This document shows, in pieces, positions 24,261-36,829 of a stretch of DNA of 64,000 nt (positions are counted from its first letter, which is position 1; the number at the start of each line of letters is the position of its first letter). The notes under the pieces are model-generated. The model worked only from the letters and a program-made list of their open reading frames with translations. It ran no database searches and was not told where the DNA came from. Origin of the DNA: Octopus vulgaris (lineage: Eukaryota); contig OX597818.1 of the NCBI GenBank assembly GCA_951406725.2, positions 9,734,001-9,798,000 of the forward strand, in the 5' to 3' direction. The position numbers were made by a program, and so were the translations under genes.

Positions 24261-26002
24261 TAAAATTGTTTGATAAGATTTGGTGGCGAAGAAAAAATAC
24301 CAGCACCATTCTCCTCCCTCTTCTGCTTTCTCCTCCCACCTCCTTCCTTCTCGTCCTCTCCCTTATCATCATCATTGTCATCAACACTACACTTCATACA
24401 ATGACATCATTGGTAACCAATTCTTTCTCCGCCACCACTACCCCCGCTTTCTTTTTCTTTTAAACTTTGTCCCCAATCTAACGGCGATGCGTCAGTATGG
24501 CCGCAGCTCTGAGCTGAAGCTGCAGAAAAAAATCTTATCATAAGAAAAGAGAAACATTTAAAATCGATCTGTAGCGTTCGGTAGGTGCTTTAAAGGCCGT
24601 GGAGACTGACTTTAATATAAAAGTTATTAATAACCCCCATCAGATCTTTGTCAAGCGAGGAAATAAACGGTGCAGTGGTACCATCACCGTTTTTGTTTGT
24701 TTGTTTTTATTTTGTTTCTTTCTTTCTTGTTAAACGTTATGATATAGGTTAAGAAAGATTTCACTGCTATATCTAGCAGACCAGGAGAGTACGTAAAGAT
24801 CCCATGTGGAGACAGACAGTCACGATTTCCAGTTTGTCCAGCGATGAAGCCTACCGATTGGTTAAAATTTTATAATTTTAAAAATCATTGTAAATTCTTT
24901 ATTGATAATTCTTAGCAAAAAATTAATGTGATTTTCCTTATCAGCATGCGAAACAAGATCAGAACTACATTTTTTTAAAAATAATTTGGTAAAAATTTGA
25001 AAAATCTTCAAGTAGTTGGAAGAAATTTAACAAGATGCTAGTCGTGTGTAGTGTGTGTGTAATCATATATATAGCTGTGTCATATAATATAACTGCACGA
25101 TGTGTGTTTGTCTGCACGTATCGGTGCTTATTGGAGAAATATATCAGCGTGCACGAGTTAATTTTGCAAACCCCTGGTGAGGGAATGTGTACATTAATAT
25201 TTTAATCTAAATATATAGACAGTAATGTATAAAACGTATATTTCCTAATACATACATCAATAGACACAGATATTCAGGGAAAGAAATACTTATTCATTTT
25301 AAAAGAAATTCAAGAGGCACACACTCAAGCAATAGTCTCAAACAACTGAAACATATACACTTGCGTATGAAACACTCATGCTAAATACACACTCAGACAT
25401 GTACATGCACACACGTACGCACACACACATACACACACACATATCCACACACACCACACACATACTCATACAAGCATACGCTTATTGAAAAAAGTCACAG
25501 GTTTGTTTTGATTATGATTGGTGAGAAGATATATGATAGATGAATGGTCCACTGGGATAAAGACCTGGCGAAGTGAAGCAAAAAAATAGAAGACGGCTAT
25601 AAGGAAATCTATAACGGTGAAATAAATTAACAATACAGCAATGGGTTCAACGTAACTGTGGATGTTACAGTTATAAAAATAACCGCTCGGGGAATGAACA
25701 TAACGTGACACAAGTGCAAACAGGGCTGGAAGTAGAATCAGAAGGGTAGCTTGTCTATCAAGTGGTAAGCAAATTTTGATGACTAAAATGCTTTGCAAAT
25801 CGTTAGGGATTCTTCAGAGTATAAATTAAATTTTGTCTGCTTATTGCAGTTTTCGCTGTATTTAAATATATAGCTATAGCAGCAAATAAATGTCCCAGGA
25901 GAAAGATAGGCTTCTATAAAAGAGTAAATGTTTCGAGAAACCTATCGTTATGCTTGGTGTAATCCTTAATTCGTCTGTTGGATATACATACATACATATA
26001 CA

Positions 26003-26056
<54 letters not shown>

Positions 26057-27554
26057 CACATACATACATGTACATAGATGTACAGATGCATACATACACT
26101 CATATATACACTCATATAAATATGTATGTATACATCTATGTTTGTAAGTAAATATGTATATATATATATATACATACACACATATATATATATACATGTA
26201 TACATACGTACACACGTTCATACATGCATATATATGTGTGTATGTGTGCGTGTGTGTGTGTCTGTGTGAGTGTCTGAGTGTACTTATTTAGCTGTGTATC
26301 TGTGTCTATAAGGTGCATGATACATACACGCATGTATATAATTGTAGGGGGCTATTTAAAGTTGTTGAACACCTTTGATTACTCAGGTGGATAACGACGA
26401 TGAGTTCTCTTCAGCAAACGTCGGGAAATGCTCTTTTTATTTTATTTTTAAGCTAATCAGTTTCATATGTCTGTTTTGATATTGTTGGATATTTAGTCGA
26501 GTGGTGAAGTGGACGATATATGAGAGAGTCAGGATAATTGAGATCTATAGTTATTCATGAGATATTTGCATTTGTAATCCAAACGTTTGATTTCGAAATG
26601 TGATTGTAGAGTGAATTGATGATTTCAATATAAAATATATCTGCATACCCCTAAAAAAAAAAGAAAAGAAAAAAAATAGGGCGGTTATGTCTGGAATGCT
26701 TTTGATCATAGGTCATTTACTAAAACCTGTGTTGAGAGGATGGGCTTTTCGTAGTCATTCACTTTGTGATATATCGTGGACAATCAATTTATGGATCTTG
26801 AATCATCGTATGGCTGGCTTTTATCATGTCATTGGTCTGTCCTATCACTGTTTAACGATCACCATTATAGTAACAAAAATAAGCATTAACACTATCTCAA
26901 GGATAACATCATCTTCATGGTTGCTCCACATGCTAGATATAGTTATATAAACACCGTCAAATTAAATTCGATTGACATATTCGATAATGAGGTCCTATAC
27001 GCCTCGAAAAAGAAAATACAGGGTCAAGGTTAAAAAGCTTTTGATTGAAGCAGTCATTATTCTGAACAGCAACAATAGCTTTACAGTCTTAAAAGATAGA
27101 AAGTCACATTCAATTCAATAAACATTAAAACGTGCTGGTTATATAAACGGAAAGTCATTGGCTGCAAATGTGGTCAGTCGGACCAAAATATCAATAGCAA
27201 AAAGGAATTCATGAAATAACAATTAAATTTTGAATCGATTTGTGAGCATCAATGGTAGAATCTTATAAAAAATCTCATCTCATCTACCCGATTGATCCTG
27301 GCATGAAGCTAAATACCCCACTACCACGAAATCGCCGCCGCTGCCGCGTCAGCAGCAACAATAGCCGTTTAAGAATTTGGACCTGGAGATCTCCATTTCC
27401 AGCGACTTCGAGGGCCACCTCCCAGTGGTGTCGGGCGTCAACGAAGAGGCCTCGACTACAACAAGACGACTGAAGTTTTTTTTTCCAAGGTTTGGTTTCT
27501 CCCGCCCCTAAACCCTAGACCATCACCTAATCACCCTTACCCGTCTTGTTGCTT

Positions 27555-27585
<31 letters not shown>

Positions 27586-27703
27586 GCAGCAGCAACAACA
27601 ACGACAATATATTCATAAGCAGCGAAAGCAATAGTATTGATATGTCTACGACCATCACCTCTACAATCTTCAACATAAATGATATTAATATTACTTCTAA
27701 CCC

Positions 27704-27890
27704 AAGGCGGCGAGTTGGCAGACTCGTTACCACACCAGGCAAAATGCTCTGCGGCACTTCGTCAGTCTTTTCGTTTGAGTTCAAATTCCGCCGAGGTCAA
27801 CTTCGCCTTTCATTATTTCGGGATCGATAAAATAAGTACCAGTTGATTACTACAACGAATTTGCTGGCCTTGTGCCAAAATTTGAAACTA
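27704..27890 (+). mobile_element. SINE B, with an extra tail fragment at ~27910-27970
   Basis: Family motifs. Confidence 0.85.
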
Positions 27891-28482
27891 ATATAGTCGA
27901 AACATTGCGCTCGATGAAACCGATTTATCCCCTTCCCCGAAATTTCTGGCTCTGTGACAAAATTTGAAATAAACAGTCAGTGCAACTGTTTATTCCCAGG
28001 TCAGCATTGTACATGAAGACCTGTGATCAAACGGCAGAAGAGCCGTATACGTCCCGTTTTACTTCTTACTTTTTCAACACTATAAATACAATCTTATCAA
28101 CACATACGTATTCTTTAGGGATGGATATTTGGCTATTATTTCTAGCAGATAAAAAGCCACATATTGGCTGCTTTATTGGGATTGCAGTGTTATGCGGAAA
28201 ACAACTGATTATTCTTTTTTCTAGAAAGTCAGAGTACAAAGAAACAGACAGACAAAATTCTATTACTTTGTTGGCTCGATTTAATAGTATTTATTGTACT
28301 ATTAAATATAGAATATTTCACTGTAAACAAACGCTCTGGTCGCCAATATACTATTTATGTATCTCTCATCATATATACAAATACATGCATGCATACGTAC
28401 ATACATACATGCATACATACATACATACATACATACATAACATACATACATACATACATACATACATACATACATACATACA

Positions 28483-28516
<34 letters not shown>

Positions 28517-28517
28517 C

Positions 28518-29073
28518 ATGGTGGTGGCTGCCCCTTCGTTATCGAGTATGGCCATTGCACAAAGCTTAATCAATGCTGTTATCGTGCAATGCCTGTGCAA
28601 GGAGATTTTTTTTAAAGTGAGGAAAGGCTGTGCACTAAGTCAATCCCACTCACTAAGCAACAGCAGCCATAATCCGAAAAGAAGAACAAGTCAATATCAT
28701 CGGTAACCACTGAGCCGCAGGTTTTATATCGGAGTTATCCCAGTTAACTGAGTTACCTTCTCCTAGAAGGATGTCCTAACAAAGGCTAGGAGTCCTTCAC
28801 TCCCAATGGTTTAACCGCGCGATCGGGTATTCAGTCTGATTATTTCTATATCCCCGCGCATGATACAGCCTTAAGACATTTATTGGATGGCCGTTCACTC
28901 TCAAGAGTTCCTCCGCCCTTTGGCGGGTTTTGTTTTTCATCCTGCAGGGTGTCCAATAAACACCCTCCTCACCAAGCAAGCTTGGTGGGGTTGCCGGTTT
29001 AGTCGCCGACGACCCGACGATGCAACAGGTTGTACTGGGTTATATATTACCAGTAGCACTCGAAAGTGACCTG
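28518..29073 (-). mobile_element. Non-coding, probably RTE-derived bipartite non-autonomous element in a (CATA)n array
   Basis: Flanked by (CATA)n on both sides; CTAGGAGAAGGTAACTC resembles RTE 5' UTR motifs; ends ..CGATAACGAAGGGGCAGCCACC; dense hairpins in the 5' 170 nt. Confidence 0.55.
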
Positions 29074-29252
29074 ACATACATACATACATACATACATACA
29101 TACATGCATACATACATAGTTATATACGTAGGTACGCACGCACGCACACACGCACGTACATACGTATGTATGTATGTATGTATGTATGTATGAATATATA
29201 TATACATATATATATAACATATGTATAATAATGTATACATCTACAGACATTC

Positions 29253-29300
<48 letters not shown>

Positions 29301-29305
<5 letters not shown>

Positions 29306-31360
29306 GAAATGAGGTAATCAGAAGATCGGATGGTTCATGTTTATAGATATTTATTTATATATTACATTTTTTACATATATATATCATATCATTCAGATCA
29401 TATCATTCAGATTATTAGCGCTTTCTCCCATTCCAGTGAGGTTTTCAAATCAAATCAATTCCTTTGTGAGGAATTTGGTCATTTTATAGAGTTTCGTAGT
29501 AGTGAGGAGGAACAAGATAGTATAAGAGGGTGAGGTAGATGAGGAGGAAGTGAGAGAGAGAACATGTGTGTATGTGTATGTGTGTGTGTGTGTATGTGTG
29601 TGTGTGTGTGTGCGCGCGTTTGTATCTGAGGCTAAAGAGAGAAAGGGGGAAAGGGGAAGGGGGAGGGAAGAAGAAGAAGAAGAAGAAGAAGAAGAAGAAG
29701 AAGAAGAAGAAGAAGGATTTCCCTTGGCCTGTTGGACCCCTTGGGGAGTTCTAAGAATTTTAGCTCTCTGTCCATTCTGGTGTCACTGAATGTGTGTTGG
29801 TGGGTAGGCTGGCCAGATGGGTGGCAGGAGTGGAAATTTAAGTATTGATGTGTGTCAGTTTTTTTGTAGTGGATGTCTGTTGTGACGATGGAGTTGTGTA
29901 TTTTGATGTTGATGTCTAGGAAGGGAAGTTCGTTGTGGCTGGTATCTATTGTGAAATTGATAGATGGGTGCAGCGTATTGAGGATGTTGTGGAATGTTTG
30001 TAGGTCCTCTTCTGATCTGTTCCAAAAGATGAAGCAGTCATCGAGGTAGCGTTTCCACTTTTTCTTGATGTCTTCTCTGAAGTCGTATTCGAAGACTTTC
30101 CCTATTTCGTCATATAGTTTTTTCTCCAGGAAACCCATCACCAGGTTGGCATATGAAGGTGCGAATTTTGTACCCATAGCTGTGCCTTTTATCTGTCAGT
30201 ATGTCTTGTTGTTGAATGAGAATGTGTTTTCTTCTAGTATGGTTTGGGTGGCTTGGGTGATAAAGTTTGTCTTGAAGCGTTCGTCTATAAGTTCTCTGTA
30301 TTTTTCTATTGATTGTTTTATAGCTTCTAGACCTAGGGTGTGTGGTATGTTTGTGTATAGATTTGTGACATCAAAGCTTGCAAGTATGGTGTTTTTCGGG
30401 ACTGTATTTGGAATGTGTGTGAGGAAGTCTATGTCATCCCTTATGTAGCTTGGTATCTGTGGGCATAAAGGTTTGAGGAGTATATCTATGAAGTGGCTTA
30501 GTTGTTGTGTTTGTGCCTGGGGTCCTGCCACTATTGGTCTCATTGTGAGGTCTGCAGGCCTTTGTACTCTTATATAGTGGTTCCTCTGTTCCTTTATGGC
30601 TCCTGTATTTCCGAGCTTTTATGAATTTTAGGTAATCCATAAAAGTTGCTTTCTTTGGTTTGTGAGTTGCATAGATAGTCTTTCTCCTTATCTGTAAAGG
30701 AGTCCTGATATTCATTGACTAAAGTTCTAATTTTTTTTATTGTTGTTTTCTCCGGTGGTGTTGGTTTCTCTTTGTAATATGTCTGGTTGTTCAGTAACTC
30801 CAGTATCTTTTCTTTGTAGTAATCTGTGTCCATAATTACTATTGCTCCACCTTTGTCAGCTTCTTTTATAATGATTGATTTGTCATTTTTCAGTTTTTGT
30901 AAGGCTTGTTTATCTTCTCTGCGGAGATTCTGTTTGCATTTGTGTGTGTGGAGAGGGAATTTGGATATTGTTTCTATGTATGTGTCAAGGTGTTTGTCAC
31001 TTCCCTTGTAAGGGGTGAAGTGGGATTTTTTTCTTATGATTGAGTTATCTTCTGTTTCTTTATTTTCAAAGAATTCTATAAGGCGGAGGTAGCGGCTGAA
31101 GTTGTCTATATCAGTTTTTAGTTCTATGAGGTTTGGAGTGGGTGTAGGTGTAAATTTGAGGCCTTTTAGTAGTAGGTTCATTTCATATTCGTCAAGTTCT
31201 CTTTTAGATAAGTTTATTATTTTGGGGTCTATGTGTTTTGGGAGTTCATCCGGAATTTTTGGTGTATTGGGTCTGGAGTATGGTTGAAGTATCCTCTCCC
31301 TAAAAAATGGGTTGTGTTGTTACGTCTCCAAATTCCATTTTCAGTTCTTAGGTTTTCTTG
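29301..31360 (-). mobile_element. Penelope-like element with near-complete RT pseudogene and deleted endonuclease
   Basis: IINLSKRELD..LLLKGLKFTPTP; IIIKEADKGGAIVIMD; FYGLPKIHK; MRPIVAG; ILASFDVTNLYTNIPH; MGTKFAPSYANL; RYLDDCF (YLDD 30037-30048); LPFLDI; HQYLNFHSCHP; frameshift near 30570, stop near 30196; (TA)n on both sides. Confidence 0.95.
29410..29456 (-). ncRNA. Minimal hammerhead motif, U3:A8 variant, partly decayed
   Basis: gatttgat-TTGAAAA-cctca ctggaa tggga-GAAA-gcgc-TA-ataatc; palindromic stem III AGCGCT; located in the PLE 3' UTR. Confidence 0.55.
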
Positions 31361-31377
31361 TAGTTGATATATATTTA

Positions 31378-31429
31378 CAGAGTGACCCAAGTGGTAACGC
31401 ACAAAGTTGTTAGCTCTTGGGTCACTCTG
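31378..31429. mobile_element. 52-bp miniature Tc1/mariner-type foldback
   Basis: Perfect 14-bp IR CAGAGTGACCCAAG / CTTGGGTCACTCTG, preceded by TA and followed by CTA. Confidence 0.55.
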
Positions 31430-31449
31430 CTAAATATCTATAATATATT

Positions 31450-31498
<49 letters not shown>

Positions 31499-31499
31499 C

Positions 31500-31730
31500 G
31501 TGTGTATGTGAGTGTATGTGTGTGTGTATCTGTATTTGTACACCCACCCACCACTACATGAAAACTGGTGCTGGTTTGTTTACGTTCCAGTAAATAGTGG
31601 TTTGGCAAAAAGTCTCCGATATAACAAGTACCTGGTTTTTAAAAAATTACTGAGATTGATTCATTCAAGTAAAATTTCTTCCAGGCAGTGCACCAGCATG
31701 GCCGCGGTCTAATTACTGAAAGAGATGAAA
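31500..31730 (+). mobile_element. SINE A 3' half, degenerate
   Basis: GGTGCTGGTTTGTTTACGTTCC...CCAGCATGGCCGCGGTCTAATTACTGAAA. Confidence 0.7.
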
Positions 31731-31757
31731 TACATACACACACACAAACACGCACAA

Positions 31758-31792
<35 letters not shown>

Positions 31793-31814
31793 TACACACA
31801 CATATACATACATA

Positions 31815-32040
31815 TACAGGAAGCGTCAGCTTCGGTTACTGATTCGATACAGCTTTTGAAACGACTAAATGTGTTGGTTGTATCATTTTTATTCGTGTTG
31901 ACCATAACGTCCTCAATTGCAGACATCAAACAAATCCCTAGTGCCGAGGGCATACCTATCGGTTTCCTTCTCAATGATACCCCGATGTACAGAGGGTTTT
32001 AATCAGTACTTCGATGGTTTATGTATCAGATTTTGACGAC
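31815..32040 (-). mobile_element. Tc1/mariner transposase C-terminal relic
   Basis: LMSAIEDVMVNTNK..TFSRFKSCIESVTEADA parallels the C-terminus of the DD37D elements in this window. Confidence 0.5.
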
Positions 32041-32998
32041 CTATTTATTTGTAGGAACGTTATAACGGCTAACCTACCTAATTTTATGTCTAAGGCTAAA
32101 ACAGTCCTAAGTCAACATGATACTTCCTACTCTCCGTTGTTAAGATTTATTTTTACCTGTTTTCTTTATAATAAATAAGCTTTTTATAAGTCTTATTAGA
32201 TATTCCCTATTATTTCTCTTTTCAGCTTATCATTTCTTCGATTTTCTCTTTCTCCTATCACCAACATTTTTTGTTTGCTTGTTTCTTAATTTATTTCTCG
32301 CCTTCTTTCTATATACATATCTACGTAATTGACGATGTTGTTGAGCATGTCATGCACACTGTTTGTCTCTTAAAGAGAACCTGTGACTTGATTCCAAGGG
32401 AGAGACTAAATATGCAGCTGATATAATCTAGGTCTTTTTTGAGTAAAGATCTGTCTGAAAATCGGTTAACTTATAGCAACTATGTATAGTCAGTCGCTAA
32501 CGGTTCTCGTGTTGATGAGCTTATGTGATGTGCCAACTTAATATAAAATGAAACAAGTATATTATAGGGTTATATCTAGATAACTTTTATTTCTGCAAAG
32601 TTTTCGTTTAAACCCAACTGATTATTAACATTCTAATTTTTTTATAATTTACGGTCATTTCAAATGTGGTTTCTTAATCAAATTGAAAAACACTCTTTCA
32701 CCGTGACGTATCGTTCATCGTAACAATTATTCATTTCTTTTTGACTTTTTGCCAGCATTGTGTATCTTTACACATTCTGGTCTACATGAGTATCACGTCA
32801 CAACATACATACGCATGAATACATTGAAAATGAAAATCAAATTACAAACGGTAAATACTAAAATAAAAATAAAGTGACAAAAAAGAAAAAGAAAAATTAT
32901 AAATTCTGAATCTTCACCCTCTCTTCTATCTCTCAGTAAACTCCCTCTTTCTCTCTCGCTTTGCCTCTCTCTCTCTTCCCGTCCCTCTCTCTCCTCTA

Positions 32999-33049
<51 letters not shown>

Positions 33050-33209
33050 TTAGAAGCAACTGTAGGTGGCAGCAGCAATAGTCCTCAGTAAAATTACAAA
33101 CGGTAAATAATTCTGAACTTATAATTTTGTTGTCTTTCTATTTTTACAAACAGAAAAGCAAGTTGAATTCTTTATATTCTTGTCGTGTTTAACTATTTCA
33201 CTTACACAA

Positions 33210-34330
33210 GGCTATTTCATCAAATCAACTTTCAATAACTGTTCATTTATTTATTAAAACTATCCGTAAGCTGTATCGTTACAACCAATTTCAACCACTA
33301 CTGACTTATAGCAATACGAACTGCTAGGGTGTTTCAGTACAACTAATGTAGGGCTCTGTCATTACAACTCCTAACCAGAGCTGGTTTTAAACTAATTAGA
33401 CAGATGTGTCCATATTGGGCTCTGCGAACACGCTCAAGCGGAGAACGCTATATTGAATTTTTCGTATAACATTGTGGTTAATTGGTCGGGCCTCAAGCAC
33501 TCAACAGTATTTGGCTGGGACTGGCGTACTACACGAAGTATAAAACGTCAATCTTCAGTTTTTGTAGAGCAGAGGCCCCCACTGACCATTTTCTAAAAGG
33601 GCTCCGCAATTTCAAGCACTGGCCCTGTACCTAACCACTGAGTTACACCATTACAACAAACACTTAGCTGTTTCAATACAACCAACACTATATATAAATA
33701 CTGTCATTAAAACCACCTTTGGTCTCTGTCATTAAAATACTTCAAAGTTCACATTCGAATCGACACTGAGTTGTTTTATTACAAACACAACTTGGGCTGT
33801 CTCATTTCCTTCAATACTGATCCATATTGTTACAACCACAGGTGACTTACTTCATCACAGTCAACACCGAGTTGGGTTATTAAAACCACTACTAATATTA
33901 AAGCAGCTGGTGAGATATATTGCAACCATCAATGAGTTGCGTCATTACAACAAACATTAAGATGTATAGGTAAGCTGGTACAATCATTAATGCGTAAGAA
34001 AAAGTGCCTTGCAGTATTTCTTTACGCTTGGAGTTCAGTTCCCACCGGGTTAACTTTGCTTTTCATCTCTTTGGATTCGATAAAATAACGTACTGGCCAA
34101 GCACTGAAGTTAATGGAAACTGTCTAACATCTACCCTACGAAATTACTGGTCTTGTGCCTTAGCCAGAAATCATTTAAGCCACCACTGAACTGAGCAGTA
34201 TCATTCGAACCATTGACCAGTCATTATGACGGTTACTTAGACTTATAATTACAACCACTATTGAGCGGTGCCATTTCTTGATCTACTGAACTGTGTTTAG
34301 TCAACCACTACTCTGCTGGCACCACTAATA
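33210..34330. repeat. Old degenerate ~25-bp minisatellite (consensus about CATTACAACCAACACTGAGTTGTGT), interrupted by a hAT-like fragment (~33415-33627) and a SINE B (~33970-34170)
   Basis: Consecutive 25-mers, e.g. CATTTCCTTCAATACTGATCCATAT / TGTTACAACCACAGGTGACTTACTT / CATCACAGTCAACACCGAGTTGGGT. Confidence 0.7.
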
Positions 34331-34516
34331 TTGAAAGATGTTTCTCCTAGGGAAAGGCTCAGCTCATATCTACCAAGTTTCCAAATTTCCTTCGTATCTG
34401 GTTTTATCTTAAATTTGTAAGTGACATAAGGGAAAAACAGAACACACACACATACACACACGCACGCGCAAAACTTACCAATTTTACTATTTTGTTTTAT
34501 TACTGAGCAAAATAGA

Positions 34517-34903
34517 CGTAGGCATGGTTGTTTGGTAAGAAAGTTGCTTCCCAACCACATGGTTCCGTGTTCAGTCCCACTACATAACACCTTGGGCAAG
34601 TGTCTTTTACTATAGCGTCAGGCCGACCAATGCCCTGAATGGATTTGGTAGGTGGAAACTGAAAGAAGCACGTCGTATATATCAATGCATGTGTGCGTGC
34701 GTGTGTGTATGTGTTTTCCCAACCACCAGCACTCCTTGACAACCGGTGTTGGTGTGTTTACGTCCCCGTAGCTTAACGGTTCGGCAAAAGAGATCGACCA
34801 GGCTTTTAAAAAAAGTGTCGATTTGTGTGACTAAGCCCCAACCCTCCAAAGCGGTGCTCCAGCATGGATGCAGTCAAATGACTGAAACAAGTAAAAGAAT
34901 AAA
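34517..34903 (+). mobile_element. SINE A
   Basis: Family motifs. Confidence 0.88.
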
Positions 34904-36152
34904 ACCACTCATTTTATTTTTAGCAAGTTATCCAATGTTAAATCCTATTTTTATATCATTTAACGTTGATGATTTGGCTGCTATTTCATAGTTTGCGCGA
35001 TGATGATTGCATCGTTGTCTTTGGCTTATGGTGATGAATGTAGTGATACGTATTTAGATAACTAATATCATCATCTTTCCCAGAAGGGAAAGCAGGGGCT
35101 TAGGACTCGTTTATCTTTTTTGTACCACTGAGAGTAGGAGTGATGGTGGCGGGGAAGGCTGTCGACGTTATCCTTAAACTGAAAGCTTTCAGTAGTGTGA
35201 ACTTTGCTAAAAGCACGCAGTAACCAAATGGTGATATTTAAACGGGTGACAGATTAATGTTATTGTTGCTGCTGTTATTAAGGCTATTATCATATTCGCT
35301 ACTATACTGCTGGCAGCATCGTTAGCAGGTCGGACAGAAATGCTTAGCGGCCTTTCTTGCGACTCTATATTTTCTCAGTTCAACTAGTGCTGACTTCAGC
35401 TTCGTCTTTCATACTTTCGGAGGTCAATAAAACAATTACTAGTGAACTTGACTAGAGTCAATGTAATCGACTGCTCCTCTCCTTTTTAATTACTGATCTT
35501 GTGCCATCATTTTTGCTACTAAGGCTGTTGTTCCGGATATTGTAACTTTACTGTGATTGTTGCTTAACCTCCAACGGAGTCCTACTTCGGTAAAGCTATG
35601 AGCAAAGACGTTCCAGTTATGACCTCCCACCCCCATCCATCCTTTTAACCCGTTATTCAAAATTACATTATTCAGTGTATTTTTTTTCCTGATCACACAT
35701 CAGTTTGTGTTACCGTTGGTGATAGCCGCATTACTATCGATGATGTGTTGTTATTGTTTAGCCCCAGGTCAAATTCTCCTAGAGTTAAAATCAGTTCCAC
35801 TTTTGAATATCTATGAATGCATTGGACAATGTGTTTTCCCCTCCTTTCACAACATACGGTATTAGCTTGGCTTCTTTTCTAACAGGTTACGTAACTACTG
35901 GAAACGTCTTCCTTATTTTGTATTGATGTTTTGTAATTGTTGGTGTGTAGATGGTAGTGACAGTGTTGAATAGCAGTGATTACGATGTAGCAGCATAACC
36001 ACTAGTGTTTGTGTTGGGCAGGAGAAATTCTTTTCCTCCTCCTCCCCCTTCTTGTCTACTACTAATGCAGCTGTTTCAATATAGGTTTCAAGTTGATGTT
36101 TCTACTGTTGTTACTTTTAACTCTCCACCAATATCAATCTGATACTATAGAT

Positions 36153-36289
36153 CAGTGTTTTTCAACCATTCTTTTTCATTCCCACAAGATATTTTGTGAA
36201 TTGTAGAACCAATTTATTGTAGATAAATTTTAACAACAAAATCTTATATGGAACCCCAAGAGCTAGATAGACCCCGGCTGGGAACACTG
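36153..36289 (-). mobile_element. hAT (Charlie-like) MITE, same family as 41924-42149 in opposite orientation
   Basis: CAGTGTTTTTCAACC...GGCTGGGAACACTG; internal TAAATTTTAACAACAAAATCTTATATGGA matches the reverse complement of the other copy. Confidence 0.7.
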
Positions 36290-36696
36290 ATATACAGAGA
36301 CGGTTGATGAAAAACTATCTAACTGGGATCATCCAGCTTTTTTTTTTAGAAATTGAATCAAAAGTCTTAAAGGGACATTTTTTTTATTAAGTGTGGCATT
36401 TGTTAGAGGTTTTATTACTCTTTATAAAGATCGAGCAATTACATAAAGGCCATTGCTAATGTTGTTTACTGTTTATCCCTAAAATAGCCCTATGTTCAAA
36501 CACTATGTACAAAGACGTTCCAGCCAAGACCATTATATGATCTTGTTAACTTTTGAACAACTTTTTCGTTTTCTTCCGAACCTCTTCAAAAATAATATTT
36601 ATATACAATTTGAATAATAAACAATTGCAGCGTGGAAGGTGTTTATAAGCCATTTAAGAAATACACAAAAACCGTTCGATTCACTTCAACATTTAA

Positions 36697-36747
36697 TTTA
36701 TCAAAATATTTTCGTCGCTTTGAGACCGCGACCTGTTCACTGACAAA
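36697..36747 (-). ncRNA. Hammerhead motif, G3:C8 variant (left arm)
   Basis: tttgtca-GTGAACA-g-gtcgc ggtctcaaa gcgac-GAAA-atat-TT-tgataaa: 7-bp stem I, 5-bp stem II, palindromic stem III AATATT. Confidence 0.65.
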
Positions 36748-36778
36748 ATTTCGTACTACATCAGATGCAGTACGGAAG

Positions 36779-36829
36779 TTTGTCAGTGAACAGGTCACGG
36801 TTTCAAAATGACGAAAATATTTTCACAAA
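36779..36829 (+). ncRNA. Hammerhead motif, G3:C8 variant (right arm)
   Basis: tttgtca-GTGAACA-g-gtcac ggtttcaaa atgac-GAAA-atat-TT-tcacaaa. Confidence 0.55.

Noticed and set aside
27252-27473. GC-rich 73-aa ORF
   Set aside because: No recognisable motif or splice context
28990-29073. HDV-like ribozyme assignment
   Set aside because: Could not place P3/L3 and P1.1; kept only as an unassigned structured RNA
33210-34330. CRISPR-like periodicity
   Set aside because: No conserved repeat with unique spacers, no cas genes, eukaryotic context
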